Made by a program: the position numbers and the translations under genes. Below, piece after piece: positions 33,132 to 45,976 of a DNA stretch of 64,000 nt. Within the stretch, counting starts at the first letter, position 1. Every line of letters begins with the position of its first letter. The notes beneath the pieces were generated by a model that searched no databases, had not been told where the DNA came from, and saw nothing but the letters and a program-made list of their open reading frames with translations. Location of the stretch: the NCBI RefSeq assembly GCF_017348835.2, contig NZ_CP071375.1; one strand, 5' to 3'. Source of the stretch: Escherichia coli (GTDB lineage: Bacteria > Pseudomonadota > Gammaproteobacteria > Enterobacterales > Enterobacteriaceae).

Positions 33132-34670
33132 TCAGAACAGCCCCAACGGTTTATCTGAGTAGCTCACTAGCAGGCACTTGGTTTGCTGGTAATGCTCCAG
33201 CATCATCTTGTGGGTTTCGCGACCGATGCCTGATTGTTTGTAGCCGCCAAACGCCGCATGTGCCGGGTAAGCGTGATAACAGTTGGTCCACACGCGCCCA
33301 GCCTGTATGCCGCGCCCCATCTTATAGGCCAGATTACCGTTGCGGCTCCAGACGCCCGCGCCCAGGCCATATTGCGTATCGTTCGCCAGCTCCAGCGCTT
33401 CTTCCATCGTTTTGAAGGTGGTCACCGCCAGCACCGGGCCAAAAATCTCCTCCTGGAACACGCGCATATTGTTCTGACCAAACAGAATCGTCGGTTCGAG
33501 GTAGTAGCCGTCTTTCAGTTCACCTTCCAGCAGCTTGCGCCGCCCGCCAGTGAGCACGTCTGCGCCCTCTTTTTTACCGATATCAATGTAGTTGAGGATG
33601 GTTTCCAGTTGCCCGTGAGAAACCTGCGCCCCCATTTGCGTCACGCTGTCGAGTGGGTTACCGCTGCGAATGCTTTCGACACGGCGGATGGCGCGTTCCA
33701 TAAAGCGTTCGTAGATTGACTCCTGCACTAAGGCACGACTCGGACAGGTGCAAACTTCGCCCTGGTTAAAGGCAAACAGTGCAAAGCCTTCCAGCGCTTT
33801 ATCGAAAAAGGCATCTTCTTCATCCATCACATCAGCAAAGAAGATATTTGGCGACTTACCGCCCAGCTCCAGCGTCACCGGAATAATGTTTTGCGTTGCG
33901 TATTGCATAATTTGTTGGCCCACTTCCGTTGAGCCGGTAAACGCCACTTTGGCGATGCGTTTCGAGGTCGCCAGATATTCGCCAATTTCCCCACCAGCGC
34001 CATTGACCACGTTCACCACGCCCGGCGGCAGTAAATCACCGACGATTTCCATTAGCAGCAGTACAGAAAGCGGGGTAAGACGTGCGGGTTTCAGCACCAC
34101 ACAGTTGCCCGCCGCCAGCGCGGGAGCCATTTTCCAGCTCGCCATCAGCAGCGGGAAGTTCCACGGGATAATCTGCCCCACCACGCCTAACGGTTCATGG
34201 AAATGATAGGCCACGGTTTCGCTATCAACTTCACTGATCCCACCTTCCTGCGCCCGAATACACGAGGCGAAATAGCGGAAATGGTCAATCGCCAGCGGTA
34301 CATCCGCAGCACTGGTTTCGCGAATGGGTTTGCCGTTATCCCAGGTTTCAGCTGTCGCTAACAGCTCGAGGTTTTGTTCCATTCGATCGGCAATCTTAAA
34401 CAGAATCGCCGCGCGATCCTGCACCGAGGTGTGCGCCCATTTATCTTTCACTTTGTGCGCAGCATCCAGCGCCAGATCGATGTCTCGTTTGCCCGAAGAC
34501 GCCACTTCGCACAGCAGCTGCCCGGTCACCGGCGTCAGGTTCTGGTAATACTCACCATCGGCAGGGGCTACCCATTCGCCGCCAATAAAGTTGTCGTAGC
34601 GGGCTTTTAACTTGATGGGGAAACCATACTCACCGGGCTTAATCTGTGCTGAAGGGGGATTGTTGGTCAT
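33132..34670 (-). CDS. aldB: Aldehyde dehydrogenase B
   Basis: ORF trimmed to [17 protein letters not shown]… (512 aa); catalytic region present. Confidence 0.95.
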   Translation of the reverse strand: MTNNPPSAQIKPGEYGFPIKLKARYDNFIGGEWVAPADGEYYQNLTPVTGQLLCEVASSGKRDIDLALDAAHKVKDKWAHTSVQDRAAILFKIADRMEQNLELLATAETWDNGKPIRETSAADVPLAIDHFRYFASCIRAQEGGISEVDSETVAYHFHEPLGVVGQIIPWNFPLLMASWKMAPALAAGNCVVLKPARLTPLSVLLLMEIVGDLLPPGVVNVVNGAGGEIGEYLATSKRIAKVAFTGSTEVGQQIMQYATQNIIPVTLELGGKSPNIFFADVMDEEDAFFDKALEGFALFAFNQGEVCTCPSRALVQESIYERFMERAIRRVESIRSGNPLDSVTQMGAQVSHGQLETILNYIDIGKKEGADVLTGGRRKLLEGELKDGYYLEPTILFGQNNMRVFQEEIFGPVLAVTTFKTMEEALELANDTQYGLGAGVWSRNGNLAYKMGRGIQAGRVWTNCYHAYPAHAAFGGYKQSGIGRETHKMMLEHYQQTKCLLVSYSDKPLGLF

Positions 34671-34777
34671 GATCGTCTCCTTGCGGTGTGAGGTATAACA
34701 AGGGTAGACGTGGCTGGCGAAATCTTCGCCAGTCAGTGACAGCTTTTCGACGGCAATCACGAATTTACGGGCAAGGG

Positions 34778-36073
34778 TTACAACGGATAATGCGCGACGT
34801 ACACTGCTTGCTGGTCATTAATTTTCTTCTCTTGCGCAAATCCTTCTTTAACAATCGTCCGTAAATCAGTTCGCGCTGTATTATCAGAGACGCCCAGACT
34901 CGCGCTGGTTTCAGAAACTGTGTACTCTTTCCCCGGATTGGCGAGCATCACATTCAGGAGCGTTACCTGGCGAGGATTCAGGCGTTTAAGCACACCAGAG
35001 CTAAACAGCACACTATCGAGTTTTGCGCTTCGTTGTGTAATTTCATCAATATGCTGCTGCAAGTTATGCAGAGCGCGTTTAATGACATCGGCCTGATATT
35101 CAAGGAAATAAGTCAGATCCATACCGTCTGATTCAGTGTACTGGTAGCTGGCAGCATATTTGACTGGCGCAGCATGAAGCAAACGGCTGATGGAAATATA
35201 TTTAAAGACATCGTAGCCCGATTTCAGCATATACCAGTAAAACAGCGCCCGACTGGTGCGCCCGTTGCCATCGCGAAATGGATGTTCATGGGCCAGCATA
35301 AAATGCAGAATGCAGGCACGGATTAACGGGTGAATATACCCTTCATGGCTGTTTAACCACTGGCAAACTTTTTCCAGTCGTTCCGGTAACAATGCCGCAG
35401 CGGGCGGTTGGTGCACAATATTGCCGTCATAATCGGCGATCACGACATCATCTGTTTCACGAAATTCACCTGGACGATATTTCGCGTCATTTATTCCCCC
35501 CATGCCAATGGCATGTAACTGGCGAATAAGCGCAGGTGTCAGCGGTTCTGCGAGTAAGTGCGGAATTTCCGCCATCAGCCGGGCATTTCCCGCAATCATA
35601 TGCTCGTCTTCAGTGCGTGGCGACCGTCCTGTTTCCAGCATTTTTCTCGCCACCAGCGTTGTAGTATTCGCACCTTCCAGCTGGGAGCTGGTGATCGGCT
35701 CTTCCAGGCGTAACTGGCTTAACTCGGCTCCGGCCCCGCGTAACCGTTCAGTCTGATCTTTCAGCGCCAGCGCGGTAGCACGTTTGTCGACAAGCTCGCA
35801 CGCTTCTGCAATCACCGGGGTAATGTTGAATCCGGCCTGTTCACCCGCTTCATTGCAATAATTAATTCGTTGGATCGCCGCGTTGCGCGCCAGACGGGTA
35901 AGCGTCCACGCCACATCGACGTTTTCTCCTTTTTTGATGCGGTACTGCAACTCATCAAAAGGCAGATAACGTCCTTTTTCATCGGTAACCCGGTTAAAGC
36001 GCAGGTGGGCCAGGAGTTCCTCACCCGATAAGTGTGATAAAGGAATAAGTCCGGGAGGTGATTTGATAGCCAT
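34778..36073 (-). CDS. Fic-family protein (putative AMPylator) with C-terminal winged-HTH-like domain
   Basis: 431-aa ORF carrying canonical Fic motif [12 protein letters not shown] and a candidate N-terminal inhibitory motif SSQLEG ([ST]xxxE[GN]). Confidence 0.8.
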   Translation of the reverse strand: MAIKSPPGLIPLSHLSGEELLAHLRFNRVTDEKGRYLPFDELQYRIKKGENVDVAWTLTRLARNAAIQRINYCNEAGEQAGFNITPVIAEACELVDKRATALALKDQTERLRGAGAELSQLRLEEPITSSQLEGANTTTLVARKMLETGRSPRTEDEHMIAGNARLMAEIPHLLAEPLTPALIRQLHAIGMGGINDAKYRPGEFRETDDVVIADYDGNIVHQPPAAALLPERLEKVCQWLNSHEGYIHPLIRACILHFMLAHEHPFRDGNGRTSRALFYWYMLKSGYDVFKYISISRLLHAAPVKYAASYQYTESDGMDLTYFLEYQADVIKRALHNLQQHIDEITQRSAKLDSVLFSSGVLKRLNPRQVTLLNVMLANPGKEYTVSETSASLGVSDNTARTDLRTIVKEGFAQEKKINDQQAVYVAHYPL

Positions 36074-36078
36074 GTGCT

Positions 36079-36157
36079 TATCTCAAAAAAGCGCAATATT
36101 GAGATAGTGTATAGCAGGAAAGAGAAACTATCTCAAAAAAAGCAAGTTTTGAGATAG
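36079..36157. promoter_or_regulatory. Two copies of a palindromic operator-like motif (C)TATCTCAA-N12-TTGAGATA(G) just upstream of the Fic gene start
   Basis: Read directly: arms 36080..36087/36100..36107 and 36128..36136/36149..36157, 49 bp apart. Confidence 0.6.
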
Positions 36158-36202
36158 TTGAAAAAGCGGCTGACAATTTGCCAGCCGTTGTTGGAATGAT
36201 GA

Positions 36203-37354
36203 TTACATTGCGGCGCGATAAATCGCCACAATTTCTTCGTGAGTTGCCTGGATCGGGTTAGTAAAGCCACAGGCATCTTTCAGGGCATTAGCCGCCAGAA
36301 CCGCGAAATCTTCTTCTTTCACGTTCAGATCGCGTAGGCCTGCCGGGATATCCACTTTCTTCGCCAGTTCACGGATGGCGTTAATGCAGGCTTCAGCACC
36401 TTCCGCGTCGTTTTTACCAGTCACATTCACGCCCATTGCAGCGGCACAGTCACGCAGACGTGCAGCGGCGACTTTGCTGTTGAATACCTGAACATGCGGC
36501 AGCAGAACGGCGTTACATACACCGTGTGGCAGGTTATAGAAACCGCCCAGCTGGTGCGCCATCGCATGAACATAACCCAGAGAAGCATTATTGAACGCCA
36601 TACCGGCGAGGAACTGGGCATAAGCCATTGCTTCACGCGCTTTCGCATTACTGCCATCTTCAACGGCTAATGGCAGGTTTTCGGCAATCATGGTCACGGC
36701 TTTCAGTGCGCAAGCGTCAGTGATCGGCGTAGCGGCAATAGAAACATACGCTTCGATAGCGTGCGTTAAGGCATCCATACCCGTTGCGGCGGTCAGTGAC
36801 TTCGGCATACCAATCATCAGAGAGGAGTCATTGACAGAAAGCAGCGGAGTGACATGTTTATCAACAATCGCCATTTTGATATGACGCGCTTCGTCAGTGA
36901 TGATGCAGAAACGGGTCATTTCAGAGGCCGTACCCGCCGTGGTATTGATGGCGATCATCGGCAGCTGCGGTTTTGCAGAGCGGTCAACGCCTTCGTAATC
37001 GCGAATATCGCCGCCATTGGCTGCCACCAGCGCAATACCTTTTGCGCAGTCGTGCGGAGAACCACCGCCTAAGGAGATCACGCTATCGCAATTATTTTCT
37101 TTAAGTAATTTCAAACCTGCGGCGACGTTTTCCGTGGTGGGGTTAGGTTGGGTGCCATCATAAATAATGCTAAAAATATTGCGTTCTTCCAGTGCTTTTT
37201 GCACATCGCCCGCCATACCTAATTTCGTTAACATACTGTCAGTGACAATCAATGTACGGCGAAACCCATATTCTGCCATCATATTCATTGCATCAGCCAA
37301 TGAATCAGCGCCGATGACATTCACAGAAGGAATAAAAAAGGTTGAAGCTGCCAT
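36203..37354 (-). CDS. yiaY: Iron-containing alcohol dehydrogenase
   Basis: 383-aa Fe-ADH ORF ([19 protein letters not shown]…). Confidence 0.9.
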   Translation of the reverse strand: MAASTFFIPSVNVIGADSLADAMNMMAEYGFRRTLIVTDSMLTKLGMAGDVQKALEERNIFSIIYDGTQPNPTTENVAAGLKLLKENNCDSVISLGGGSPHDCAKGIALVAANGGDIRDYEGVDRSAKPQLPMIAINTTAGTASEMTRFCIITDEARHIKMAIVDKHVTPLLSVNDSSLMIGMPKSLTAATGMDALTHAIEAYVSIAATPITDACALKAVTMIAENLPLAVEDGSNAKAREAMAYAQFLAGMAFNNASLGYVHAMAHQLGGFYNLPHGVCNAVLLPHVQVFNSKVAAARLRDCAAAMGVNVTGKNDAEGAEACINAIRELAKKVDIPAGLRDLNVKEEDFAVLAANALKDACGFTNPIQATHEEIVAIYRAAM

Positions 37355-37542
37355 AACACACTCCTGAAAGTGTAAAAAAGGGCGGGCAGCTTACTGAGGA
37401 TTTTCATTCGAAAATATGATCAGTATTATTGTTTAGCAAAATTAATCTAATAAAAAGCACATTGCATTCATTAAACAATGTGCTTTTTTTAAATCATAAG
37501 AATTTTGTATTAATTTATTTTAAAACTTAATTAATCATTTCA

Positions 37543-39387
37543 TTATTTTTCCGGAAATAATAATGCGTCGCGCAATAAATGATCATTTCCACGACGACGC
37601 GTAAAGCCAATGCGGTCAAAATATTCCAGGATTTGAATCGCCAGTTTTCGCCCAACCCCTAAGCGATCGCGGAAATCCGCCGCGCAGGTTGAACCACATT
37701 CCTGATCGAGATCGCGGATCATATTGGCAAATTCGACAATCCGATCGTTACGGTAATAACGATCTTTGACGATCGCGGTAATTATTCCCTGTTGGGCCGC
37801 CTGACGTAGCGTCAGGCGCATTGCCTGCTCGTCGGTGCCCGTCTCTTTTGCCAGATCACGCACCCACCACGGCTCGTCACCAAACAGCGGCTCTGCTTTC
37901 TGCCAGATGGCCTGCTGCTCTTCGCTGAAGCCCGCTTTGTGATCCGGCAGATGCAGCCAACCGTGATGACTGAGGATGTCGCCGCTTTCGCGCATCTTTT
38001 CAATCAGCAACAGTACCAGCGCTTCATCTTCCATTGGCAACGCCATACGTCGCAGACGTTCGCGCCCAGGACCAGGTTCATCACGATGTTGCTCATGATA
38101 AGTCGCTAATGTGTCGAGAATTTTCCGCTGCCAGCGGGCGGCAACTGGCGCATTCAACAAGCTATAACCAGCCTGAATATAGCCCGGCTGTTGCAGTAGT
38201 TCGCGCATCCCTTCGCCGTTGAGCTGGCGTGCCCAGGCGAAATCCGCAAGGTTAACCGCGCCGCGTTCCAGATGAACAGATAACGCATCGGCATCGCTCT
38301 GCGCCCGTGCAAGAGACGCCAGCCATTGCAGATATTCCGGCTTACGCTTACCGCGACGCGGTGGGTTAAGCATCACCACACGCGCCCCCGCCAGCGTGTT
38401 GCGGGCCGAGATATCGCGCAACACTAAGCGATCGTTATCCGCCAGCCACAGCGGCGTGTCGAACACCAGCTCGGCAAGGTTATCTTCCAGCAGCGAAACG
38501 CGTCCCGTAACGTGGCTGGCGGCGTGGTGAATATGCAGCGGCTGCCACTGGGTCAGCGGCGTATGGGTTTGAAGCTCGACAATCACCCGCGTGAACGGCT
38601 CTGGCGGCACATCGGCAAGCAGCCAGTCGCCACGGTTAATCTGCTCTTTTTCCGCATCCCCCGCGATGTTAAGCGCGATACGCTGGCCGGCATGAGCGGT
38701 TTCTGTTGGCTGGTTTTGTGCATGCAGTGCACGTACACGCATCGGTTTATTTACACCAGTCAGCCATAGTGAATCGCCTACCTTCACTTCCCCGCTTAAC
38801 GCCGTACCGGTGACGACCAGCCCGGCACCTTTTACGGTAAATGCGCGGTCGATCGCGAGGCGGAAACTATGTTGGCTGGCGTGTTCACGTTCTGGTAACT
38901 GAAGCAGATGCTCGCGCAGGGCATCAATTCCCCGACCTTCGGTTGCTGCGGTGATAAACAGTTTTGCCTCAGCAAAACCGTATTCCCGCAGCACCTCCTT
39001 TACCTGGCGTTCCACCTCATTAACACGCGCTTCGTCCACGCGATCGGCTTTGGTCAGCGCCACTGTCAGCATCGGGTTACCGGTCAGCTGCAAAATCGCC
39101 AGATGCTCACGGGTCTGTGCCATCACGCCGTCATCGCACGCCACCACCAACAGCGCGTGATCGATACCACCAACGCCCGCCAGCATGTTGGAAAGAAACT
39201 TTTCATGACCGGGAACGTCGATAAAACCAGGCACGCGACCATCCGGCTGCGGCCAGTAGGCATAGCCGAGATCGATAGTCATGCCGCGCTTTTTTTCTTC
39301 CGGCAGACGATCGGCATTTACGCCAGTAATCGCCTGCAATAAGGTTGTTTTGCCGTGGTCAACGTGTCCGGCAGTCGCAATAATCAT
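37543..39387 (-). CDS. selB: Selenocysteine-specific elongation factor
   Basis: 614-aa ORF with GTPase G1 motif [10 protein letters not shown] and C-terminal winged-helix region. Confidence 0.95.
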   Translation of the reverse strand: MIIATAGHVDHGKTTLLQAITGVNADRLPEEKKRGMTIDLGYAYWPQPDGRVPGFIDVPGHEKFLSNMLAGVGGIDHALLVVACDDGVMAQTREHLAILQLTGNPMLTVALTKADRVDEARVNEVERQVKEVLREYGFAEAKLFITAATEGRGIDALREHLLQLPEREHASQHSFRLAIDRAFTVKGAGLVVTGTALSGEVKVGDSLWLTGVNKPMRVRALHAQNQPTETAHAGQRIALNIAGDAEKEQINRGDWLLADVPPEPFTRVIVELQTHTPLTQWQPLHIHHAASHVTGRVSLLEDNLAELVFDTPLWLADNDRLVLRDISARNTLAGARVVMLNPPRRGKRKPEYLQWLASLARAQSDADALSVHLERGAVNLADFAWARQLNGEGMRELLQQPGYIQAGYSLLNAPVAARWQRKILDTLATYHEQHRDEPGPGRERLRRMALPMEDEALVLLLIEKMRESGDILSHHGWLHLPDHKAGFSEEQQAIWQKAEPLFGDEPWWVRDLAKETGTDEQAMRLTLRQAAQQGIITAIVKDRYYRNDRIVEFANMIRDLDQECGSTCAADFRDRLGVGRKLAIQILEYFDRIGFTRRRGNDHLLRDALLFPEK

Positions 39388-40775
39388 TTCAACAACATCT
39401 CCAAAAACCGTTGCTCATCTTCAAGGCAGCGTAAATCCAGCCACAATCGTCCGTCATAAATACGACCAATCACCGGCACTGGCAATTCACGCCAGCGGGC
39501 GGCTAATGACTCAAGGTGGCTACCGCGTCCATCATGGGGTGTAAACGTTAATGCCGCGCTCGGCAGGCGATCAACCGGCAGCGAACCACTGCCAATCTGC
39601 GAAAGACATGGCATAACCTGTACCGCAAACTCCGCGCCGTAATGTGCGGCAAGGGGAGCCTGTAAACGTTGTGCCTGGATTTGAATGACCTCTGCGCTGC
39701 GGGTAAGCAGGCGCAGGGTCGGTAATTTTTCACTCAGAGCTTCAGGGTGTAAATAAAGACGCAACGTGGCTTCCAACGCCGCGAGGGTCATTTTATCCGC
39801 GCGTAATGCACGCTTCAGCGGGTGGCTTTGCAGGCGGGCGATCATCTCTTTTTTACCAACGATAATCCCTGCCTGCGGCCCGCCTAACAACTTGTCGCCG
39901 GAGAAGCTCACCAGACTGACGCCCGCCGCAATCAACTCCTGCGGCATTGGCTCTTTCGGCAAACCGTACTGGCTAAGATCGACCAGCGAGCCACTGCCTA
40001 AATCAGTCACTACGGGAACATCCAGCTCTTTGCCGAGCGCCACCAGTTCAGCTTCGTCTATCGCTTTGGTGAACCCCTGAATGCTGTAGTTACTGGTATG
40101 TACTTTCATCAACAGTGCGGTATTTTCATTCACCGCCTGACGATAATCATTCGCGTGCGTGCGGTTGGTGGTCCCTACTTCGTGTAGGGTGCAGCCTGCC
40201 TGACGCATAACATCGGGAATACGAAACGCGCCGCCAATCTCCACCAGTTCGCCGCGAGAAACCACCACCTCTTTCCCGCTGGCAGTGGCCGCCAACATCA
40301 ATAACACCGCCGCCGCATTGTTATTGACGATACAGGCATCTTCCGCCCCCGTAATACGGCACAGCAACTGCGCCAGCGCCCGATCGCGATGTCCGCGTCC
40401 GGCGTCGTCCAGATCGTACTCGAGGGTCACTGGCGAACGCATAGCCTGCGCAACGGCTTCCACCGCGGCTTCCGCCTGTAAAGCTCGCCCAAGGTTGGTA
40501 TGCAGCACGGTTCCCGTCAGGTTGATCACCGGACGCAGCGCGCTCTGCGCCTCTTTCGTCAACCGGGCATCGACTTCTTGCGCCCAGTTTTCACACCACG
40601 CAGGCAGCGTCTGGCAGTCACGAATCACTTCTCGCGCTTCGTCAAGCATCTGACGCAGCAATTCCACCACGCGAGTGTGACCATAAGTATCACGCAAAGA
40701 AAGGAAGGAGCTATCGCGCAATAAGCGATCAATAGCCGGAAGTTGACTATAGAGGGAACGCGTTTCGGTTGTCAT
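39384..40775 (-). CDS. selA: L-seryl-tRNA(Sec) selenium transferase
   Basis: 463-aa [22 protein letters not shown]…; overlaps selB start. Confidence 0.95.
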   Translation of the reverse strand: MTTETRSLYSQLPAIDRLLRDSSFLSLRDTYGHTRVVELLRQMLDEAREVIRDCQTLPAWCENWAQEVDARLTKEAQSALRPVINLTGTVLHTNLGRALQAEAAVEAVAQAMRSPVTLEYDLDDAGRGHRDRALAQLLCRITGAEDACIVNNNAAAVLLMLAATASGKEVVVSRGELVEIGGAFRIPDVMRQAGCTLHEVGTTNRTHANDYRQAVNENTALLMKVHTSNYSIQGFTKAIDEAELVALGKELDVPVVTDLGSGSLVDLSQYGLPKEPMPQELIAAGVSLVSFSGDKLLGGPQAGIIVGKKEMIARLQSHPLKRALRADKMTLAALEATLRLYLHPEALSEKLPTLRLLTRSAEVIQIQAQRLQAPLAAHYGAEFAVQVMPCLSQIGSGSLPVDRLPSAALTFTPHDGRGSHLESLAARWRELPVPVIGRIYDGRLWLDLRCLEDEQRFLEMLLK

Positions 40776-40872
40776 AGGAAACCTGGCTGATCAAGGCCCT
40801 CTCACACGGAGAAGGGCGTTTAACATAACCACGGATTGTAACGTGAGATGGGTCAGGAGGACATATCGCGCA

Positions 40873-41481
40873 TCAAGCCTTTGGCGGTTCGGTGCGAGCA
40901 AAACTTTCGCGGCTAAACAGGTTTTCGACCAGTTTGACTAAGTGTGGGCGGTCGACACACCAGCCTGGCGCAACGCGGCGGAAATTGAGATATCCGACGG
41001 CACAGGCAATGGCGATAGTCGCCAGATTGACAGTATCGGTTTTAAGTGTGCCATCGACCAGATATCCTTCCAACACATCCAGACTACGGTTGATTTTCTC
41101 CCGCTGGCGTAACAGTTCATCTTCAGACTGCTGCGCCGCTGGACGCGCCTGTTCACGCACCGATACCAGCCCGGCATCCATAATGCCATCCGCCAGTGCC
41201 TCAATTTTGCGCACCCGCAACGACTCCAGCGGAGCGCGCGGCAACATCGCCGGAGCGACATTCATTAATTCAATATATTCAGCGATGATCGGCGAATCAA
41301 ACCAGCAGTCGCCCTCTTCGGTCACCAGCACCGGCACTTTTCCTAACGGGTTAAATTGCGCCACGCCGTTGTCCGCGTTATAGGGCAGTTCATTAATAAA
41401 TTCGAAAGTTATGCCCTTTTCTAACAACAGAATAGAAAGTTTGCGTACAAACGGGCTGGTGTAGCTACCGACGAGTTTCAT
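40873..41481 (-). CDS. yibF: Glutathione S-transferase homolog
   Basis: 202-aa GST-fold [17 protein letters not shown]…. Confidence 0.9.
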   Translation of the reverse strand: MKLVGSYTSPFVRKLSILLLEKGITFEFINELPYNADNGVAQFNPLGKVPVLVTEEGDCWFDSPIIAEYIELMNVAPAMLPRAPLESLRVRKIEALADGIMDAGLVSVREQARPAAQQSEDELLRQREKINRSLDVLEGYLVDGTLKTDTVNLATIAIACAVGYLNFRRVAPGWCVDRPHLVKLVENLFSRESFARTEPPKA

Positions 41482-41709
41482 GCCGAGTCCTTTGTGCGAG
41501 GAAAAATATCAGTATGGCCTGGTGATGGGAAAAAGGGCAGAAAATGTTGATGGTTTGTCACCTCCCAATAAATCACATATTTATCATGGTGATATAAATA
41601 TTTTCCTAATTGTTCTTATCTGACAGATATCTCACTTAAGGCTTTCTTATAAATCTGTAGGGTTTTGCCTGTCAGCGGACAAATAACCCGATAATACAAG
41701 GATGAGCAG

Positions 41710-44700
41710 ATGAGCGGAAAACCGGCGGCGCGTCAGGGCGACATGACGCAGTATGGCGGTAGCATTGTCCAGGGTTCAGCCGGGGTGCGCATCGGTGCCC
41801 CCACCGGCGTGGCCTGTTCGGTGTGCCCCGGCGGGGTGACGTCCGGCCATCCGGTCAATCCGCTGCTCGGTGCAAAGGTCCTTCCCGGTGAAACCGACAT
41901 CGCCCTGCCCGCCCCGCTGCCGTTCATTCTCTCCCGCACCTACAGCAGTTACCGGACAAAAACGCCCGCGCCGGTGGGGAGCCTCGGCCCCGGCTGGAAA
42001 ATGCCTGCGGATATCCGCTTACAGCTGCGCGATAACACACTGATACTCAGTGATAACGGCGGCAGAAGCCTGTATTTTGAGCACCTGTTTCCCGGTGAGG
42101 ACGGTTACAGCCGCAGCGAATCACTGTGGCTGGTGCGCGGCGGCGTGGCGAAACTGGATGAAGGTCACCGGCTGGCCGCACTCTGGCAGGCGCTGCCGGA
42201 AGAACTCCGCTTAAGTCCGCATCGTTATCTGGCGACAAACAGTCCGCAGGGGCCGTGGTGGGTACTCGGCTGGTGTGAGCGGGTGCCGGAAGCGGATGAG
42301 GTGCTGCCTGCGCCGCTGCCGCCGTACCGGGTACTGACCGGGCTGGTGGACCGCTTCGGGCGCACACAGACGTTCCACCGCGAAGCCGCCGGTGAATTCA
42401 GCGGCGAAATCACCTGCGTGACGGATGGTGCCGGGCGTCACTTCCGGCTGGTACTGACCACGCAGGCGCAGCGGGCAGAAGAAGCCCGGCAGCAGGCCAT
42501 TTCCGGCGGGACGGAACCGTCCGCTTTTCCTGATACCCTTCCGGGTTACACCGAATATGGCCGGGACAACGGCATCCGTCTGTCTGCCGTGTGGCTGACG
42601 CACGACCCGGAATACCCGGACAACCTGCCAGCCGCGCCGCTGGTGCGCTATGGCTGGACGCCGCGCGGCGAACTGGCGGCAGTGTATGACCGCAGCAATA
42701 CACAGGTGCGCAGCTTTACTTACGATGATAAATACCGGGGCCGGATGGTGGCGCACCGTCACACGGGCCGACCGGAAATCCGTTACCGTTACGACCGCGA
42801 CGGGCGGGTGACAGAACAGCTAAACCCGGCAGGCTTAAGCTACACGTATCAGTATGAGAAAGACCGCATCACCATCACCGACAGCCTGGACCGCCGTGAA
42901 GTGCTGCACACGCAGGGCGAAGGCGGGCTGAAGCGGGTGGTGAAAAAGGAACACGCGGACGGCAGCGTCACGCAGAGTCAGTTTGACGCCGTGGGCAGGC
43001 TTAAGGCACAGACAGATACGGCAGGCCGGACGACTGAGTACAGCCCGGATGTGGTGACGGGACTCATCACGCGCATCACCACACCGGATGGCAGGGCATC
43101 GGCATTTTACTATAACCACCACAGCCAGTTAACGTCAGCCACCGGGCCTGACGGGCTGGAATTGCGCCGGGAATATGATGAATCCGGCCGTCTGATTCAG
43201 GAAACTGCACACAACGGCGATATCACCCGCTACCGTTATGATAATCCACACAGTGACTTACCCTGCGCAACGGAAGATGCCACCGGCAGCCGGAAAACCA
43301 TGACGTGGAGCCGTTACGGCCAGTTGCTGAGCTTCACCGACTGTTCCGGTTATGTAACCCGTTATGACCATGACCGCTTCGGGCAGATGACGGCGGTGCA
43401 CCGCGAGGAAGGGCTGAGTCAGTACCGCGCATACGACAGCCGTGGACAGTGAATTGCCGTGAAAGACACGCAGGGCCATGAAACGCGGTATGAATACAAC
43501 ATCGCCGGTGACCTGACCGCCGTCATTGCCCCGGACGGCAGCAGAAACAGGACACAGTACGATGCGTGGGGAAAGGCCGTCCGTACCACGCAGGGCGGGC
43601 TGACGCGCAGTATGGAATACGATGCTGCCGGACGGGTCATCCGCCTGACCAGTGAAAACGGCAGCCACACCACCTTCCGTTACGATGTACTCGACCGGCT
43701 GATACAGGAAACCGGCTTTGACGGCCGCACACAGCGTTATCACCACGACCTGACCGGCAAACTTATCCGCAGCGAGGATGAGGGGCTGGTCACCCACTGG
43801 CACTATGACGAAGCAGACCGCCTCACGCACCGCACCGTGAATGGCGAAACCGCAGAGCGGTGGCAGTATGATGAACGCGGCTGGCTGACAGACATCAGCC
43901 ATATCAGCGAAGGGCACCGGGTGACGGTGCATTACGGGTATGATGAGAAAGGCCGGCTGACCGGTGAGCGTCAGACGGTGCATCACCCGCAGACGGAAGC
44001 ACTGCTCTGGCAGCATGAGACCAGACACGCTTACAACGCGCAGGGGCTGGCGAACCGCTGTATACCGGACAGCCTGCCCGCCGTGGAATGGCTGACCTAC
44101 GGCAGCGGCTGGCTGGCAGGCATGAAACTCGGCGACACACCGCTGGTGGAGTACACCCGCGACCGCCTGTACCGGGAAACGCTGCGCAGATTCGGCCGTT
44201 ATGAACTCACCACCGCTTACACCCCTGCCGGGCAGTTACAGAGCCAGCACCTGAACAGCCTGCAGTATGACCGCGATTACACCTGGAACGACAACGGCGA
44301 ACTCATCCGCATCAGCAGCCCGCGCCATACCCGGAGTTACAGCTACAGCGACTCCGGCAGGCTGACCGGCGTTCACACCACGGCAGCGAACCTTGATATC
44401 CGCATCCCGTATGCCACGGACCCGGCAGGTAACCGCCTGCCCGACCCGGAGCTGCACCCGGACAGCACCCTCAGCATGTGGCCGGATAACCGTATCGCCC
44501 GTGACGCGCACTATCTTTACCGGTATGACCGTCACGGCAGACTGACAGAGAAAACCGACCTCATCCCGGAAGGGGTTATCCGCACGGATGATGAGCGCAC
44601 CCACCGGTACCATTACGACAGTCAGCACCGGCTGGTGTACTACACGCGGACACAATATGCAGAGCCGCTGGTCGAAAGCCGCTATCTTTACGACCCGCTG

Positions 44701-45888
44701 GGCCGCAGGGTGGCAAAACGGGTATGGCGACGTGAACGGGACCTGACGGGCTGGATGTCGCTGTCACGGAAACCGGAAGTGACCTGGTACGGCTGGGACG
44801 GCGACCGCCTGACCACAATACAGAACGACAGAACCCGCATCCAGACGATTTATCAGCCGGGGAGCTTCACGCCACTCATCAGGGTTGAAACCGCCACCGG
44901 TGAGCTGGCGAAAACGCAGCGCCGCAGCCTGGCGGATGCGCTTCAGCAGTCCGGCGGCGAAGACGGTGGCAGTGTGGTGTTCCCGCCGGTGCTGGTGCAG
45001 ATGCTCGACCGGCTGGAAAGTGAAATCCTGGCTGACCGGGTGAGTGAGGAAAGCCGCCGCTGGCTGGCATCGTGCGGCCTGACTGTGGAGCAGATGCAAA
45101 ACCAGATGGACCCGGTGTACACGCCGGCGCGAAAAATCCACCTGTACCACTGCGACCATCGCGGCCTGCCGCTGGCGCTTATCAGTGCGGAAGGGGCTAC
45201 AGAATGGTGCGCAGAATACGATGAATGGGGCAACCTGCTGAATGAAGAGAACCCGCATCAGCTGCAGCAGCTTATCCGCCTGCCGGGGCAGCAGTATGAT
45301 GAGGAGTCCGGCCTGTATTACAACCGCCACCGCTATTATGACCCGCTGCAGGGGAGGTATATCACTCAGGATCCGATTGGGCTGAAGGGGGGATGGAATT
45401 TTTATCAGTATCCGTTGAATCCGATAACTGATATTGACCCGTTGGGATTAGCGACCTGTTTATACAGCATAACTTTAAGTATGCTTTCATGCGTTTCAGA
45501 TACGCAAAATGATGATAACTCTTATGATGTGCTTACTATTCCTGTCGCCTCTGGTAATAATGGTAATAATATGCAATGTAAAAATAATCCTGGTTGTACA
45601 CACTTACAAAATAGAGGTCCAATACCTCAAGGGGTATGGAGCTGGAATGTTAATGGTCCTGGAGCAACCAATAGAAAACCTAATGGTATACGTTTAGTAC
45701 CGTCAGCAAATACAGAAACATATAATCGTGATGGATTTTTAACACATAGTTGTTTAAACGCTTTCGGTCCGTCTTTAGGACCTCGATTCTGTTCCGAGGG
45801 TTGTATAACTGGTTCATCTAATGACATGCAAAAATTAAATGAGTTAATATTTTCAGAGCCAGATAGCACATTAACAGTTACGGACTAA
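41710..45888 (+). pseudogene. rhsA: Rhs polymorphic toxin RhsA with YD repeats, divergent C-terminal tip, and an in-frame TGA at 43450..43452
   Basis: ORFs 41710..43452 and 43459..45888 are in the same frame; N-terminus MSGKPAARQGDMTQYGG…, YD-repeat core and PxxxxDPxGL boundary ([11 protein letters not shown]) read directly; the stop replaces a Leu as I recall K-12 RhsA. Confidence 0.75.
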
Positions 45889-45976
45889 AAAATATGGCAA
45901 AGTTATTAACAATTGTATTTTTTTCTCTATTTCTGCGAGTGCAGTTACTGCAAGACAATTTCAGAGAGAGTTAGAT

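Noticed and set aside
42047-45330. Multiple minus-strand ORFs within rhsA (e.g. 43258..44028, 44764..45330)
   Set aside because: Antisense products of the GC-rich YD-repeat region; no domain signatures.
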